Below, one piece after another: positions 24,783-32,780 of a stretch of 32,780 nt of DNA. Both the position numbers and the translations under genes were made by a program. The notes beneath the pieces are model-generated. The model made no database searches. It was not told the origin of the DNA and saw only the letters and a program-made list of their open reading frames with translations. The stretch is from Ilumatobacteraceae bacterium (lineage in GTDB: Bacteria; Actinomycetota; Acidimicrobiia; Acidimicrobiales; Ilumatobacteraceae), in assembly GCA_036262105.1 (NCBI GenBank), contig DATAJN010000512.1, positions 1 to 32,780 on the forward strand, written 5' to 3'. Position 1 is the stretch's first letter. The number at the start of each line of letters is the position of its first letter.

Positions 24783-27366
24783 GCATCACCTCCATCACGC
24801 GTGTGCGCTTGACCATCACGAGGCCGACGACGAGCAGGAGCACCAGGCAGCCGGCGACGCCACCGACGATGGGCAGGGCTGCTGATGGTTCGGCGACGAG
24901 GCGCGCCGGGGGCTTCAACTGCCGCAGCGAGTCGAGTCGAGGCACGGCGAGGCGACTGACGATCCAGCCGATCACCACGCCCAAGGTGGCACCGCCCAGT
25001 AGTGCAGGGGCCAACTCGGCAAGAAGCCCGACGGCCTCATCCCGGAATGTCAACCCCATGCGGGTCGTCAACACGTGAGCGGCCTGCCGCATCTGTCGTC
25101 TGGCATCGAGCACGAGCAGCTGGGTGAGGAGCACCACCACACCAACGAGGGCGCCGAGCATCGACATCGTTGCGTACGCCCAGCGGACGGTGAGGAAGCT
25201 GGTGACGTCGAAGACCTGCGAGAGATCGCGCGGGCTGTGGGCGACGACACCGAGCGCCGACAACTGAGCGACCGCGTCGGGCGGAGGGTCGCGGAGCCAG
25301 ATCTCGGTGCCTGTCGCGACGAGTGCGCGAAGGGCCACCTTGTCGACCACCACGAGGATTGCCCCGTTCCGAAAGCCGGGGAACCATCGCGTCGTCGCGA
25401 CGGGCGCGACCTCGAGCGGCCGGTTGATGAGGCTCTCCAGGTGTGTGTCGGGCAACGTGCCACCGACGACGATTGCCGGAAGGGGATGAGCTGGATCGAG
25501 GCCGGTGCCGGCGCCGGGTGCCAGACCCTCCAGCAGCTCGTCGAGGGTGTACTTGTCGGACGCGTCGCTGCGCCAATGGACGGCTCCTGCGAAGGTGACC
25601 CGGTCGACGCCGAGCAGATCGATCGTCTGGGTGCCACTGTGGCCTTGGGCGCGGGCCACGATGGTGCCGGTTGTCTCGAACTGGGCCGGAAGGGCGAGGA
25701 TGTTCTGACTGGTGATCGCCAGATCGCTGCCGAGGAACGTCGAGGCCTTGTCCCGCAGTAGCACTCCGGTGCTGTCGGTCAGCAGCCGGGCGAGTGTGAA
25801 CGAACCGGCGGCGAGCGCAGTGGCCAACAAGACCGCGCCGGTGACGGTGGGTTCGGCGAGTGATCGTCGCAATCCGGTCATGACTGCGGGAGACAGCCGC
25901 CCACCTGCGAGCCGCAATCTGCGCAGGAGGAAGAGCGTCGGCCGGGCCAGAACAGCGAGCGGGGCGATGATTGCAACGAGCGGGAAGCATTGGGCCAAGA
26001 AGTCTGCGTGGGCCACCTTGGTGCCGACCTGGCGGATACCTCCGATTCGATCGAGGCGGGCAAACGTGACGATCACGGCGGCGACGGGGATCAGCTCCCA
26101 CGGCACCAGTCGGGCAATCGATCGATGTCGAACCGGTGCGTCGACGAACGTTCGTGCGCGAACTGCGGCGGCGCAGGCGACGATCACGAGAGCGACGAAC
26201 GCACCGATGACGGAGTACTCGATCGCCTTTCGCACGGCGGCAGTCTCGAGCTCAGCCGACGGGCCGAGGAAGTGCACCGCCGCGAAGGCGATCGCGCCGC
26301 CGACAACGGTTCCGATGACGACAGCGCTCGAAGCAGTGCGGGCAACTCGAATCCCAAGTGCAGTGGGTGATTGTCCCTTCAACAGGCGCAGCCGCAGTTC
26401 ACGCTGCTGTTCACGAGCGAGCAGAGCCGTTGCCGCGATGAGCAGAGCGAGCGACGCGAGCAGACCGACCAGCCGTACCGGTGCCATCGTGCCGGCGACC
26501 ACGGCGGTCGCGGCTTCGGCATGCCCCACAACGACCCTGAGGGCGTCGCCACCGACGGGCTGCGGCGTTCGTTCTACCTGGGCGGGAATGATGATTCCGC
26601 GCGACTTGTCGGTGAAATCGTCGAACTGAGCCGCCAGCACCACTGCGTCGTGACGGCTCAGGCCCTTCGGGTTCGGTCGCAACTCCCAGTCGGCGAAGTT
26701 CTGCACTTTGGCGTTGCGTACCTCGTTGGAGGTGGTCAGCAGAGCCGCCACAGGGAGATCCGCGGGGTCGCCGGTTTGCGATCGGAACAGGTTGCGCAGC
26801 CCGCACCAGTAGGCCGGCTCAGGACGCGTTGGCACCTGCGGGTACGTGTCGGCCACCTTCACCGTGTGGGTCCAGATCACCCGGCCCTTGGTGTTCTTGG
26901 CGGACAACGTGAACACTTCGCCGGCGTGTATGCCTTCAGGGGCTCCTAACCAATCAGGAGCCAGCACCTCGCCGTCGGCGGGCAGTGTGACCTGGCGTCC
27001 CAAATTGTTCTCCTGACCCTCTCGGTACACGAGGTTGGCGTGGACCGGAAGGTGCCCTCCGCCGATGTCGAGGATTGGGTTGTAGGCGATGCGGGTGAGC
27101 ACTCCCGGCTGGGTGTGCGCGGCGAGCGGCGCAGCGAGCGCGGCGAGCTTGTCGGACGCGTCCGGCTGGCTCGCGGCGATGGGGAGGTGCAGCGCGACAT
27201 CGGCGAGGCACGTGTGGGAGAGCTCGTTCTGCAACGCCGCCGTGGCGACCGACGACAGGTACAGCGGGGAGCCGGCCAAACACGCCGAGCCCAGGGCGAC
27301 GATGGCCCCGACCGCGACCCATCCTCCGCTTCCCCAACGGCCAGATCGCTGAACCCGCCGGGCCAC
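24769..27366 (-). CDS. Large ABC permease with two FtsX-type modules (MacB-type architecture)
   Basis: 865 aa with an N-terminal TM, long extracytoplasmic stretches and two clusters of four hydrophobic helices. It sits directly upstream of two MacB-like ATPases. Confidence 0.75.
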   Translation of the reverse strand: MARRVQRSGRWGSGGWVAVGAIVALGSACLAGSPLYLSSVATAALQNELSHTCLADVALHLPIAASQPDASDKLAALAAPLAAHTQPGVLTRIAYNPILDIGGGHLPVHANLVYREGQENNLGRQVTLPADGEVLAPDWLGAPEGIHAGEVFTLSAKNTKGRVIWTHTVKVADTYPQVPTRPEPAYWCGLRNLFRSQTGDPADLPVAALLTTSNEVRNAKVQNFADWELRPNPKGLSRHDAVVLAAQFDDFTDKSRGIIIPAQVERTPQPVGGDALRVVVGHAEAATAVVAGTMAPVRLVGLLASLALLIAATALLAREQQRELRLRLLKGQSPTALGIRVARTASSAVVIGTVVGGAIAFAAVHFLGPSAELETAAVRKAIEYSVIGAFVALVIVACAAAVRARTFVDAPVRHRSIARLVPWELIPVAAVIVTFARLDRIGGIRQVGTKVAHADFLAQCFPLVAIIAPLAVLARPTLFLLRRLRLAGGRLSPAVMTGLRRSLAEPTVTGAVLLATALAAGSFTLARLLTDSTGVLLRDKASTFLGSDLAITSQNILALPAQFETTGTIVARAQGHSGTQTIDLLGVDRVTFAGAVHWRSDASDKYTLDELLEGLAPGAGTGLDPAHPLPAIVVGGTLPDTHLESLINRPLEVAPVATTRWFPGFRNGAILVVVDKVALRALVATGTEIWLRDPPPDAVAQLSALGVVAHSPRDLSQVFDVTSFLTVRWAYATMSMLGALVGVVVLLTQLLVLDARRQMRQAAHVLTTRMGLTFRDEAVGLLAELAPALLGGATLGVVIGWIVSRLAVPRLDSLRQLKPPARLVAEPSAALPIVGGVAGCLVLLLVVGLVMVKRTRVMEVMRGTA

Positions 27367-27409
27367 ACGGCGATGCTAAACCGTCGGCTCTCTCGCAACG
27401 AGTCGCAGG

Positions 27410-28978
27410 TCAGTTCACGCCGCTGTCATGACCTTCCCAGTAGGGCTTGCGCAGCTCGAGCTTCAACGGCTTCAGCGCACCGGACAGCGGAAGCGGATCT
27501 GCTCGGAACTCGATCGACTTGGGAACCTTGTAGCCGGCGATGGTTGTACGCGCGTGTTCCTTGATCTCGTCCTCCGTGGCGGTGCACCCCGGCCGGAGCA
27601 CGACGATGCCGTGCACCTGCTCGCCCCACACCGGATGCGGAATGCCGATCACGGCGACCTGTTCGACCGACGGGTGCGTGGAGATGGCGTTCTCGACTTC
27701 GATCGAATAGACGTTTTCGCCACCCGTGACGATCATGTCTTTGACGCGGTCGACCAAGTAGAGGTAGCCCTCGGCGTCGAGGTGTCCGGCATCTCCCGTG
27801 CGGTACCATCCGCCTCGGAACGCGGCCTCGGTCAACTCGGGTTGCTTCCAGTACTCGCGCATGAAGTTGCCGCCACGCGCGCAGACTTCGCCGTTCTCAC
27901 CGGCGGCGGTCGGCGTGTCGTCCTTGCGGCGAACGCTGATGTTGATGCCGATCATCGGCCGGCCGGCGGACCGCAGGATCGGACCACCGCGGCGGTGGTC
28001 GGCGGCGGTCAGGAAGGTGAGCACCGACGAGCATTCCGTCATGCCGTAACCCTGCGAGAGGTTCAGATCGGGAAGCGCTCGCATCAGTCGGTCGAGCACT
28101 GCGGCGGGCATTGGTGAGGCTCCGTACACGAGGTCGCGCAGTGACGCCAGGCGCTCGGGACGGAACTCCGGATGGTTCATCACGAGGGCAATCATCGTCG
28201 GCACCATCACGGTCCAGTCGACGCGGTGCTGCTCGATGGCCTGCATGACCTGTTCGGGTTCGAACAGCGGGACGAAGACCGAGGATCCGCCGGTGGCAGG
28301 AATGCCGAGAATGCCGCCCATCGATGCGGCGTGGAACATCGGGGTCTGGTGCAGGTACACGCGTTCCTCACCGAAGTCGACGGCGAGCCCGATGTGGTAG
28401 AAGTTCAGCATCTCGGCGCGTTGGTCGAGCAGAACTCCCTTGGCCAGTCCGGTGGTTCCGCCCGTGTACATCATCACGGCAGGGTCGGATTCCTCTGGCT
28501 CCTCCGGAATGACAGGCTCGCCGGCGTTGATCAGATCCTCGTAGTTGACGTCGTGCGGCACATCACCTTCGCCGATCAGGACGACATGGCGAAGGGGCAG
28601 CTCTGATCGGATCTCGGCGATGTTGCGAGCGAAGTGGTCAGCGAAGAACTGGTCGACGAACGCCACCGTGCAGCCTGAATCACGGAGGATGTACTGCAGC
28701 TCCTTGCCGGCCAGGCGCAGGTTGAGCGGGTTGATGACTCCGGCTCCGAGAAACCCGGCATGGAACAGTTCGAGGTACTGGTGGCTGTTGCACGACATGA
28801 CGGCGAAGCGATCGCCGGGTCGCAACCCGAGCTCGGTGTGCATGCTGTGCGTCAGCCGCAAGACCCGGTTGCCGTGCTGCTGGAAGGTGGCTCGATAGCA
28901 GCCGTCGTGAAACGCCATCCGGTCCGGCCATCGCTCCAGGGCAGGCAGGAAGTGCCTGGAGTAGATGAGTTCCTTCAT
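27410..28978 (-). CDS. Acyl-CoA (fatty-acid) ligase, ANL adenylate-forming superfamily
   Basis: 'MMYTGGTTGLAKGV', 'GYGMTE' and 'YRTGDAGHLDAEGYLYLVDRVKDMIVTGGENV'. The start is set at the ATG at 28978 (MKELIYS) because AGGAGG at 28984-28989 lies 5 nt upstream. The track start at 29038 overlaps the MMPL gene. Confidence 0.88.
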   Translation of the reverse strand: MKELIYSRHFLPALERWPDRMAFHDGCYRATFQQHGNRVLRLTHSMHTELGLRPGDRFAVMSCNSHQYLELFHAGFLGAGVINPLNLRLAGKELQYILRDSGCTVAFVDQFFADHFARNIAEIRSELPLRHVVLIGEGDVPHDVNYEDLINAGEPVIPEEPEESDPAVMMYTGGTTGLAKGVLLDQRAEMLNFYHIGLAVDFGEERVYLHQTPMFHAASMGGILGIPATGGSSVFVPLFEPEQVMQAIEQHRVDWTVMVPTMIALVMNHPEFRPERLASLRDLVYGASPMPAAVLDRLMRALPDLNLSQGYGMTECSSVLTFLTAADHRRGGPILRSAGRPMIGINISVRRKDDTPTAAGENGEVCARGGNFMREYWKQPELTEAAFRGGWYRTGDAGHLDAEGYLYLVDRVKDMIVTGGENVYSIEVENAISTHPSVEQVAVIGIPHPVWGEQVHGIVVLRPGCTATEDEIKEHARTTIAGYKVPKSIEFRADPLPLSGALKPLKLELRKPYWEGHDSGVN

Positions 28979-28991
28979 GACTACCTCCTGA

Positions 28992-31952
28992 TCAACCGGC
29001 GGCAGCGGCGGCGTCGAGCTGGTCTTGCGTGACGCCACACTGCTTGGCTGCGCTGTCGAGCAACGCGTTCACCTCGGCCGGTCGCGGAACGGAGGCGATC
29101 CCCATGGCGAGCAGGTCGGGCTCCGACGTCGTGGCTACGAGGTTGTCAGCAGCGCATCGGGCGATGCCGGGGTCGACGCCGACACCGGTGAGCGTGTCGT
29201 AGAACACGCCTGCGATGAGGCCCGTAGGCCGTTCCGGCGTGCCGGGAGGAAGGGTGTCGGGCGGCGGGATCGTCTCGCCGGGAGGAAGCGTCTGGCCGGG
29301 AGCCAGCGTCGTCGTGGTAGGTCGCGGCACGGTCGTTGTCGGCGCCGGGATGGTGGCCGGGGCCTCGATGGCCGACTGCGACTTCGGCGTTGCCGCTTCG
29401 GTCTTCGTGTCCCTGACCGAGACGGCGATGACGATGATGCCGGCGATGGCGAGCAACGCACCAGCCGCCCAGCCGACTGACGTTCTGGAACGCTTGTGCT
29501 CGACATCGGGTCCGATCGCCAGCCAACCGCGCCGGTCAGCCTCTTTCACGAGCGGAGGCACGACAACCAGAGCCGACAGCAGCGCCACCGCAATGTTGAT
29601 CGTGACCACCATGCCGAAATCGGAGAGCAGTGGAAGCGTCGAGAACATCAGCACGGCGAACCCGCCAAGGGTGGTCAACGCCGATGTGAAGAACGCCCGG
29701 CCGGTGTGCTTGGCCGCCATGTGCGTGCTTTCCGTGGGATCAAGACCACGGCTGCGTTCCTCAGCATAGCGGGCGATCAAGAGCACGGAGAACTCACCGC
29801 ACGTCGCCACCACCAGGGGGCCGCCGACCGTCGACAATGGGCTCAGGGTGATGTTGAGCACTCGGACCAACACGGCGGCCGTGCCGGTGGCAACGAGCAC
29901 GGGCACCATGGTCAGGAGCCCGCGAGTGAGATCGCGGTAGCGGAAGACGATGAAGGCGCCTACCAGGAGCAGCGCCACGATGGTGAGCTGCGCACGGTTG
30001 GCGGTGATGTTGTCGAGGAGGCCGACACCCACGACGGCGAGTCCGCCGGTCGTGGCGGAGGCCGATGCCGGCAGCACTCCACCGGCTGGATTGGCGATCG
30101 TCGCGTGCATCTTGTCGAGCACGACTGAACGCTCTTCGAGCGACGAGGGTCCGACCTGGAACAGAACCTGCGTGACGTTGCCCTTGTCGGCGACGAGCAG
30201 CGTTTGCAACGCGGGTGGAGCGACCTTGTAGGCCTCCAACATGTCGAGGCCGGTCGGCGGAAGGGGAGTGGTTCCAGGAACCTCGGCCAGCCAACCCACC
30301 GTCGTTGCCAGGCTTGACGCGCCGGCCAGTTCCTTGTTTTCCGCCGAAGCTTGGGTGACGAGGTCGAACACGAACGCGCCCATTTGATCAGTGAAGGTTC
30401 CGTTTTCCGGCGCGCTGGTCGTCTCGACGAAGATCCCGAGTGTCGTAGCGAATCCGGTTTCCTTCTCCAGCGTGCGGGCGTTCTTGATCGAGGTGCTGGA
30501 CTGGTTCGCCCAGTTGATCGGGTCGCTCTCGATCTTCGAGCCGCCCTCCAGGATCAGTCCGAGCACGGGCATCACCACGGCTATCAGCACGAGGGGCAGC
30601 ACGGCCTGACGGGGCAGGCTTCCGAGGCGGTCGACAGTCTTTTCGACCCAACTCGTGACCGGTTCCTTCGTGGTCGGTGATCGTCGCTCGCGTGCGCCGA
30701 TGATGGTGGTCGGTATCACGATGCCGGCGATCAGGAGGGCGACGATGCCGATCGACAGGAGCACACCGAAGTCCTGCACCATCGGCACCTTCGAGATCTT
30801 GACCGTGAGGAAGGCGATGACTGCAGCGATCGTCGCGGCGACGAGCGGCGGGCCCAAGTGTTGCAGCGTTGCCTCGAACGGCGCGCCCGTCGTGCCGATA
30901 GCCCGTTCCTCCTCAATGCGATTCTGCACCTGGATGGCGAATTCGATTCCGAGGCCGATCAGGATCGGCAGTCCAGCGATCGTCACCAGCGAGAGCTTCG
31001 TGCCGGTGAAGCCGAAGACACCAAATCCCCAGGCGATCCCGACGACCATGCCGAGCAGAGGCAGGAGCCGCCAGCGGACCTTGAACGCGACGAGCAGGAT
31101 CACCATCATCACCAAGACGGCGATCGAACCAAGGATCAACATGCCGCCCTGGAGGTAGTCGTTGATGTCGGTGAGGAACGTCGGGGTGCCGGTGATCGTG
31201 ACCGTGGCGTTGGCGAACGTGTGGGTGCTCATGACGTCTTGCACGGCCTTGGAACCCTCAGCCAGTTGGTCGAGCGGGGCATTGCCGACGAGCACACCGG
31301 CCAGCACGGCATGGCGAGCATCGGGGATGAACGCCTGCAGGGCGTGGCGCACGACCAGCTTGCTGTCGTCGGGGGCCACCAGCTTCTTCTGTGCGTCGAC
31401 CGTGAACCCGTCATTGCCGAACTCGAGGAACTTGACCCACGCCGGGTTGTTCATGCTCTGCTCTCCGGCGGCTCCGAGTCGCAGGGTCGTGATGACGGCA
31501 TCTTGCTGTCGCGTGGCCGCGGCCGCCGGGTCGGGTTCGCGGGCGATCGTGCGGGCGATGATGTCGCTGGCCACGCCCTTCAGAATGAGGTCTTGCGTCC
31601 ACTGCAGCAGCGTGAGCGGCGAGACGACCGATTGCACAGCCTTGTTCGCCAGCATCTGCTTCTCGACGTCTTGGAACTGGGCGACGTTGGCCGGGGTGAA
31701 GAGATCGACGATCGACTTGCCCGGGTCGACGGTGAACAACACGACCATGCTCTCGCCGCCGAAGAGCTTCTGATAGCGCTCGTTGTCCTTGGCGACTTGC
31801 GACGAGGGGTCGATGTAGCTGTCCTGACCCGTAGCGAAGTCGAGCTTCTTCAATCCGAAGCCGAGACCGATTGTCACCAGAACCACGACGAGGAGTGTGG
31901 CCAAAGTGCGCCGACTGAGGAGCCGGCCGGCCTTGATCCAGAATTCGCTCAT
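28992..31952 (-). CDS. MMPL/RND-type membrane transporter with an extra C-terminal TM, a Pro/Thr linker and a small Cys-containing domain
   Basis: The N-terminus 'LATLLVVVLVTIGLGFGLKKLDFATGQDSYIDP...ERYQKLFGGES' is typical of MMPL proteins, and there are two 6-TM bundles. The ATG overlaps the WS/DGAT stop (ATGA). Confidence 0.85.
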   Translation of the reverse strand: MSEFWIKAGRLLSRRTLATLLVVVLVTIGLGFGLKKLDFATGQDSYIDPSSQVAKDNERYQKLFGGESMVVLFTVDPGKSIVDLFTPANVAQFQDVEKQMLANKAVQSVVSPLTLLQWTQDLILKGVASDIIARTIAREPDPAAAATRQQDAVITTLRLGAAGEQSMNNPAWVKFLEFGNDGFTVDAQKKLVAPDDSKLVVRHALQAFIPDARHAVLAGVLVGNAPLDQLAEGSKAVQDVMSTHTFANATVTITGTPTFLTDINDYLQGGMLILGSIAVLVMMVILLVAFKVRWRLLPLLGMVVGIAWGFGVFGFTGTKLSLVTIAGLPILIGLGIEFAIQVQNRIEEERAIGTTGAPFEATLQHLGPPLVAATIAAVIAFLTVKISKVPMVQDFGVLLSIGIVALLIAGIVIPTTIIGARERRSPTTKEPVTSWVEKTVDRLGSLPRQAVLPLVLIAVVMPVLGLILEGGSKIESDPINWANQSSTSIKNARTLEKETGFATTLGIFVETTSAPENGTFTDQMGAFVFDLVTQASAENKELAGASSLATTVGWLAEVPGTTPLPPTGLDMLEAYKVAPPALQTLLVADKGNVTQVLFQVGPSSLEERSVVLDKMHATIANPAGGVLPASASATTGGLAVVGVGLLDNITANRAQLTIVALLLVGAFIVFRYRDLTRGLLTMVPVLVATGTAAVLVRVLNITLSPLSTVGGPLVVATCGEFSVLLIARYAEERSRGLDPTESTHMAAKHTGRAFFTSALTTLGGFAVLMFSTLPLLSDFGMVVTINIAVALLSALVVVPPLVKEADRRGWLAIGPDVEHKRSRTSVGWAAGALLAIAGIIVIAVSVRDTKTEAATPKSQSAIEAPATIPAPTTTVPRPTTTTLAPGQTLPPGETIPPPDTLPPGTPERPTGLIAGVFYDTLTGVGVDPGIARCAADNLVATTSEPDLLAMGIASVPRPAEVNALLDSAAKQCGVTQDQLDAAAAAG

Positions 31953-32779
31953 TTCGCTATTTCCTCCAAACGACGACCAGCCTTGGTCGTCCTACGCGAA
32001 CCGGCTCGTGCTCGAAGTCCGGTGATTTCTGCTTCGATCTGTTCGGCCATGAAATGGACGTCCGGTGCGGTGTCGTAGTCACCGGTGACGCCGAAGGAGA
32101 GTTGGCCGTTGTACGACAAGATTGCCACGCCGATTCGAACACCTTGGCTCAACGGAACGAAGGGGAGGTACTCGAGCATCTCCCTGCCCAGGGCGTAGAG
32201 AGGGAACTGAGGCCCTGGGACGTTCGTCGTGACGGTGTTGATGGTTCGTTGCGGCAGTGTGCGCAGCATGGTCGCCGCGGCGCGTGCGCCGAGCGACACG
32301 AGAACCGGAGGTAGGAACTGAGCGGTGGCGATCACGGCTTCACCTGCGGTCACCTGATGCGAGGCCTTGAGCTCCTCCATCTGCTGATGGATCGCGGTGA
32401 GCCGGTCCACTGGATCGGCAATTCCGACGGGTAGATCGGCAACGATGAGCGAGACCTGGTTGTTCCAGGCGTGGTCATCGGCATGGCGGATCGACACCGG
32501 CACCAGAGATCGCAGGACGATGTCGTCGACAGGGTCGCCTCGTTCGATCAGCACCGCGCGAAAGGCGCCGGTGATCGCGGCGAGGACGACGTCGTTGACC
32601 GACCCGCCGAACCCATGGCGAATTGCCTTGACGTCGCTGAGCTTGCAGCGACCCGCGGCCCAGCGACGGTGTGGCCCGATGTCGCCCTCGATCGACGCGG
32701 GCTTGGCCGGTGGCATGATCCGGGCACCGAACGATTTGAGACCGGCAGAAACAGCCTTCAGTTGTTCCCACGCCTGTCG
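31949..32779 (-). CDS. Wax-ester synthase/diacylglycerol acyltransferase (WS/DGAT) family, C-terminal part; the 5' end is outside the window
   Basis: 'GGSVNDVVLAAITGAFR', 'NVPGPQFPLY' and 'LSYNGQLSFGVTGD' are typical of the WS/DGAT C-terminal domain. The frame stays open to the window edge. Confidence 0.8.
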   Translation of the reverse strand, partial: RQAWEQLKAVSAGLKSFGARIMPPAKPASIEGDIGPHRRWAAGRCKLSDVKAIRHGFGGSVNDVVLAAITGAFRAVLIERGDPVDDIVLRSLVPVSIRHADDHAWNNQVSLIVADLPVGIADPVDRLTAIHQQMEELKASHQVTAGEAVIATAQFLPPVLVSLGARAAATMLRTLPQRTINTVTTNVPGPQFPLYALGREMLEYLPFVPLSQGVRIGVAILSYNGQLSFGVTGDYDTAPDVHFMAEQIEAEITGLRARAGSRRTTKAGRRLEEIAK

Positions 32780-32780
32780 C

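Noticed and set aside
29230-29410. A possible tandem DNA repeat in the Pro/Thr-rich stretch.
   Set aside because: There is no exact nucleotide periodicity. It is a low-complexity coding linker of the MMPL protein.
30858-32078. A 406-aa plus-strand ORF. Similar long ORFs lie at 25037-26101, 25712-26629, 11266-12390, 12774-13610 and 13160-14167.
   Set aside because: All are antisense or frame-shifted shadows of well-supported genes (MMPL, FtsX permease, MFS, SGNH hydrolase).
1-32780. A search by eye for CRISPR arrays, rRNA, tRNA, transposases, integrases and phage genes.
   Set aside because: I saw no regularly spaced repeats, no rRNA or tRNA-like conserved strings and no recombinase-like translations. 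A computational scan could still find small RNAs that I missed.

Overview
High-GC, almost fully coding chromosomal segment of actinobacterial type (possibly Acidimicrobiia-like; taxon not provable from here). All family calls come from reading motifs by eye in the supplied translations and DNA; no searches were run.

Layout:
- (i) 2-4015 (+): hoxFUYH-hoxW, a group 3d NAD-linked bidirectional [NiFe]-hydrogenase with its endopeptidase.
- (ii) 4062-5801 (+): a class III nucleotidyl cyclase with non-canonical specificity residues, then a PAP2-type membrane protein.
- (iii) 5756-10816 (-): a group 3b (sulfhydrogenase-type) hyhB-[cNMP-fold protein]-hyhG-hyhS-hyhL-protease operon. Five of its six genes are joined by overlapping start/stop codons.
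- (iv) An MFS_3 transporter and a divergent secreted SGNH hydrolase that carries three tandem beta-rich domain repeats.
- (v) 14401-15782: a visibly lower-GC ~1.4 kb islet bracketed by a perfect 17-nt direct repeat. It holds an orphan 255-267 aa ORF, a 59-aa ORF absent from the ORF track, and a repeat/hairpin-rich non-coding stretch.
- (vi) A DUF1989/Rieske oxygenase divergent pair and a VOC protein.
- (vii) A glucan/trehalose cluster: debranching-type glucosidase, HAD-IIB phosphatase, an N-terminally disrupted otsA, and a GT4.
- (viii) 23455-32780 (-): a tightly packed run of WS/DGAT, MMPL, acyl-CoA ligase, a double-FtsX permease and two ABC ATPases.

No rRNA, tRNA, CRISPR array, transposase or integrase was seen. 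Several first-in-operon genes carry a TANNNT hexamer ending exactly 7 nt before the start codon, which is leaderless-transcript geometry. The most interesting leads are the degenerate cNMP-fold subunit inside the hydrogenase operon together with the nearby odd cyclase, the repeat-flanked islet, and the lipid synthesis/export operon.
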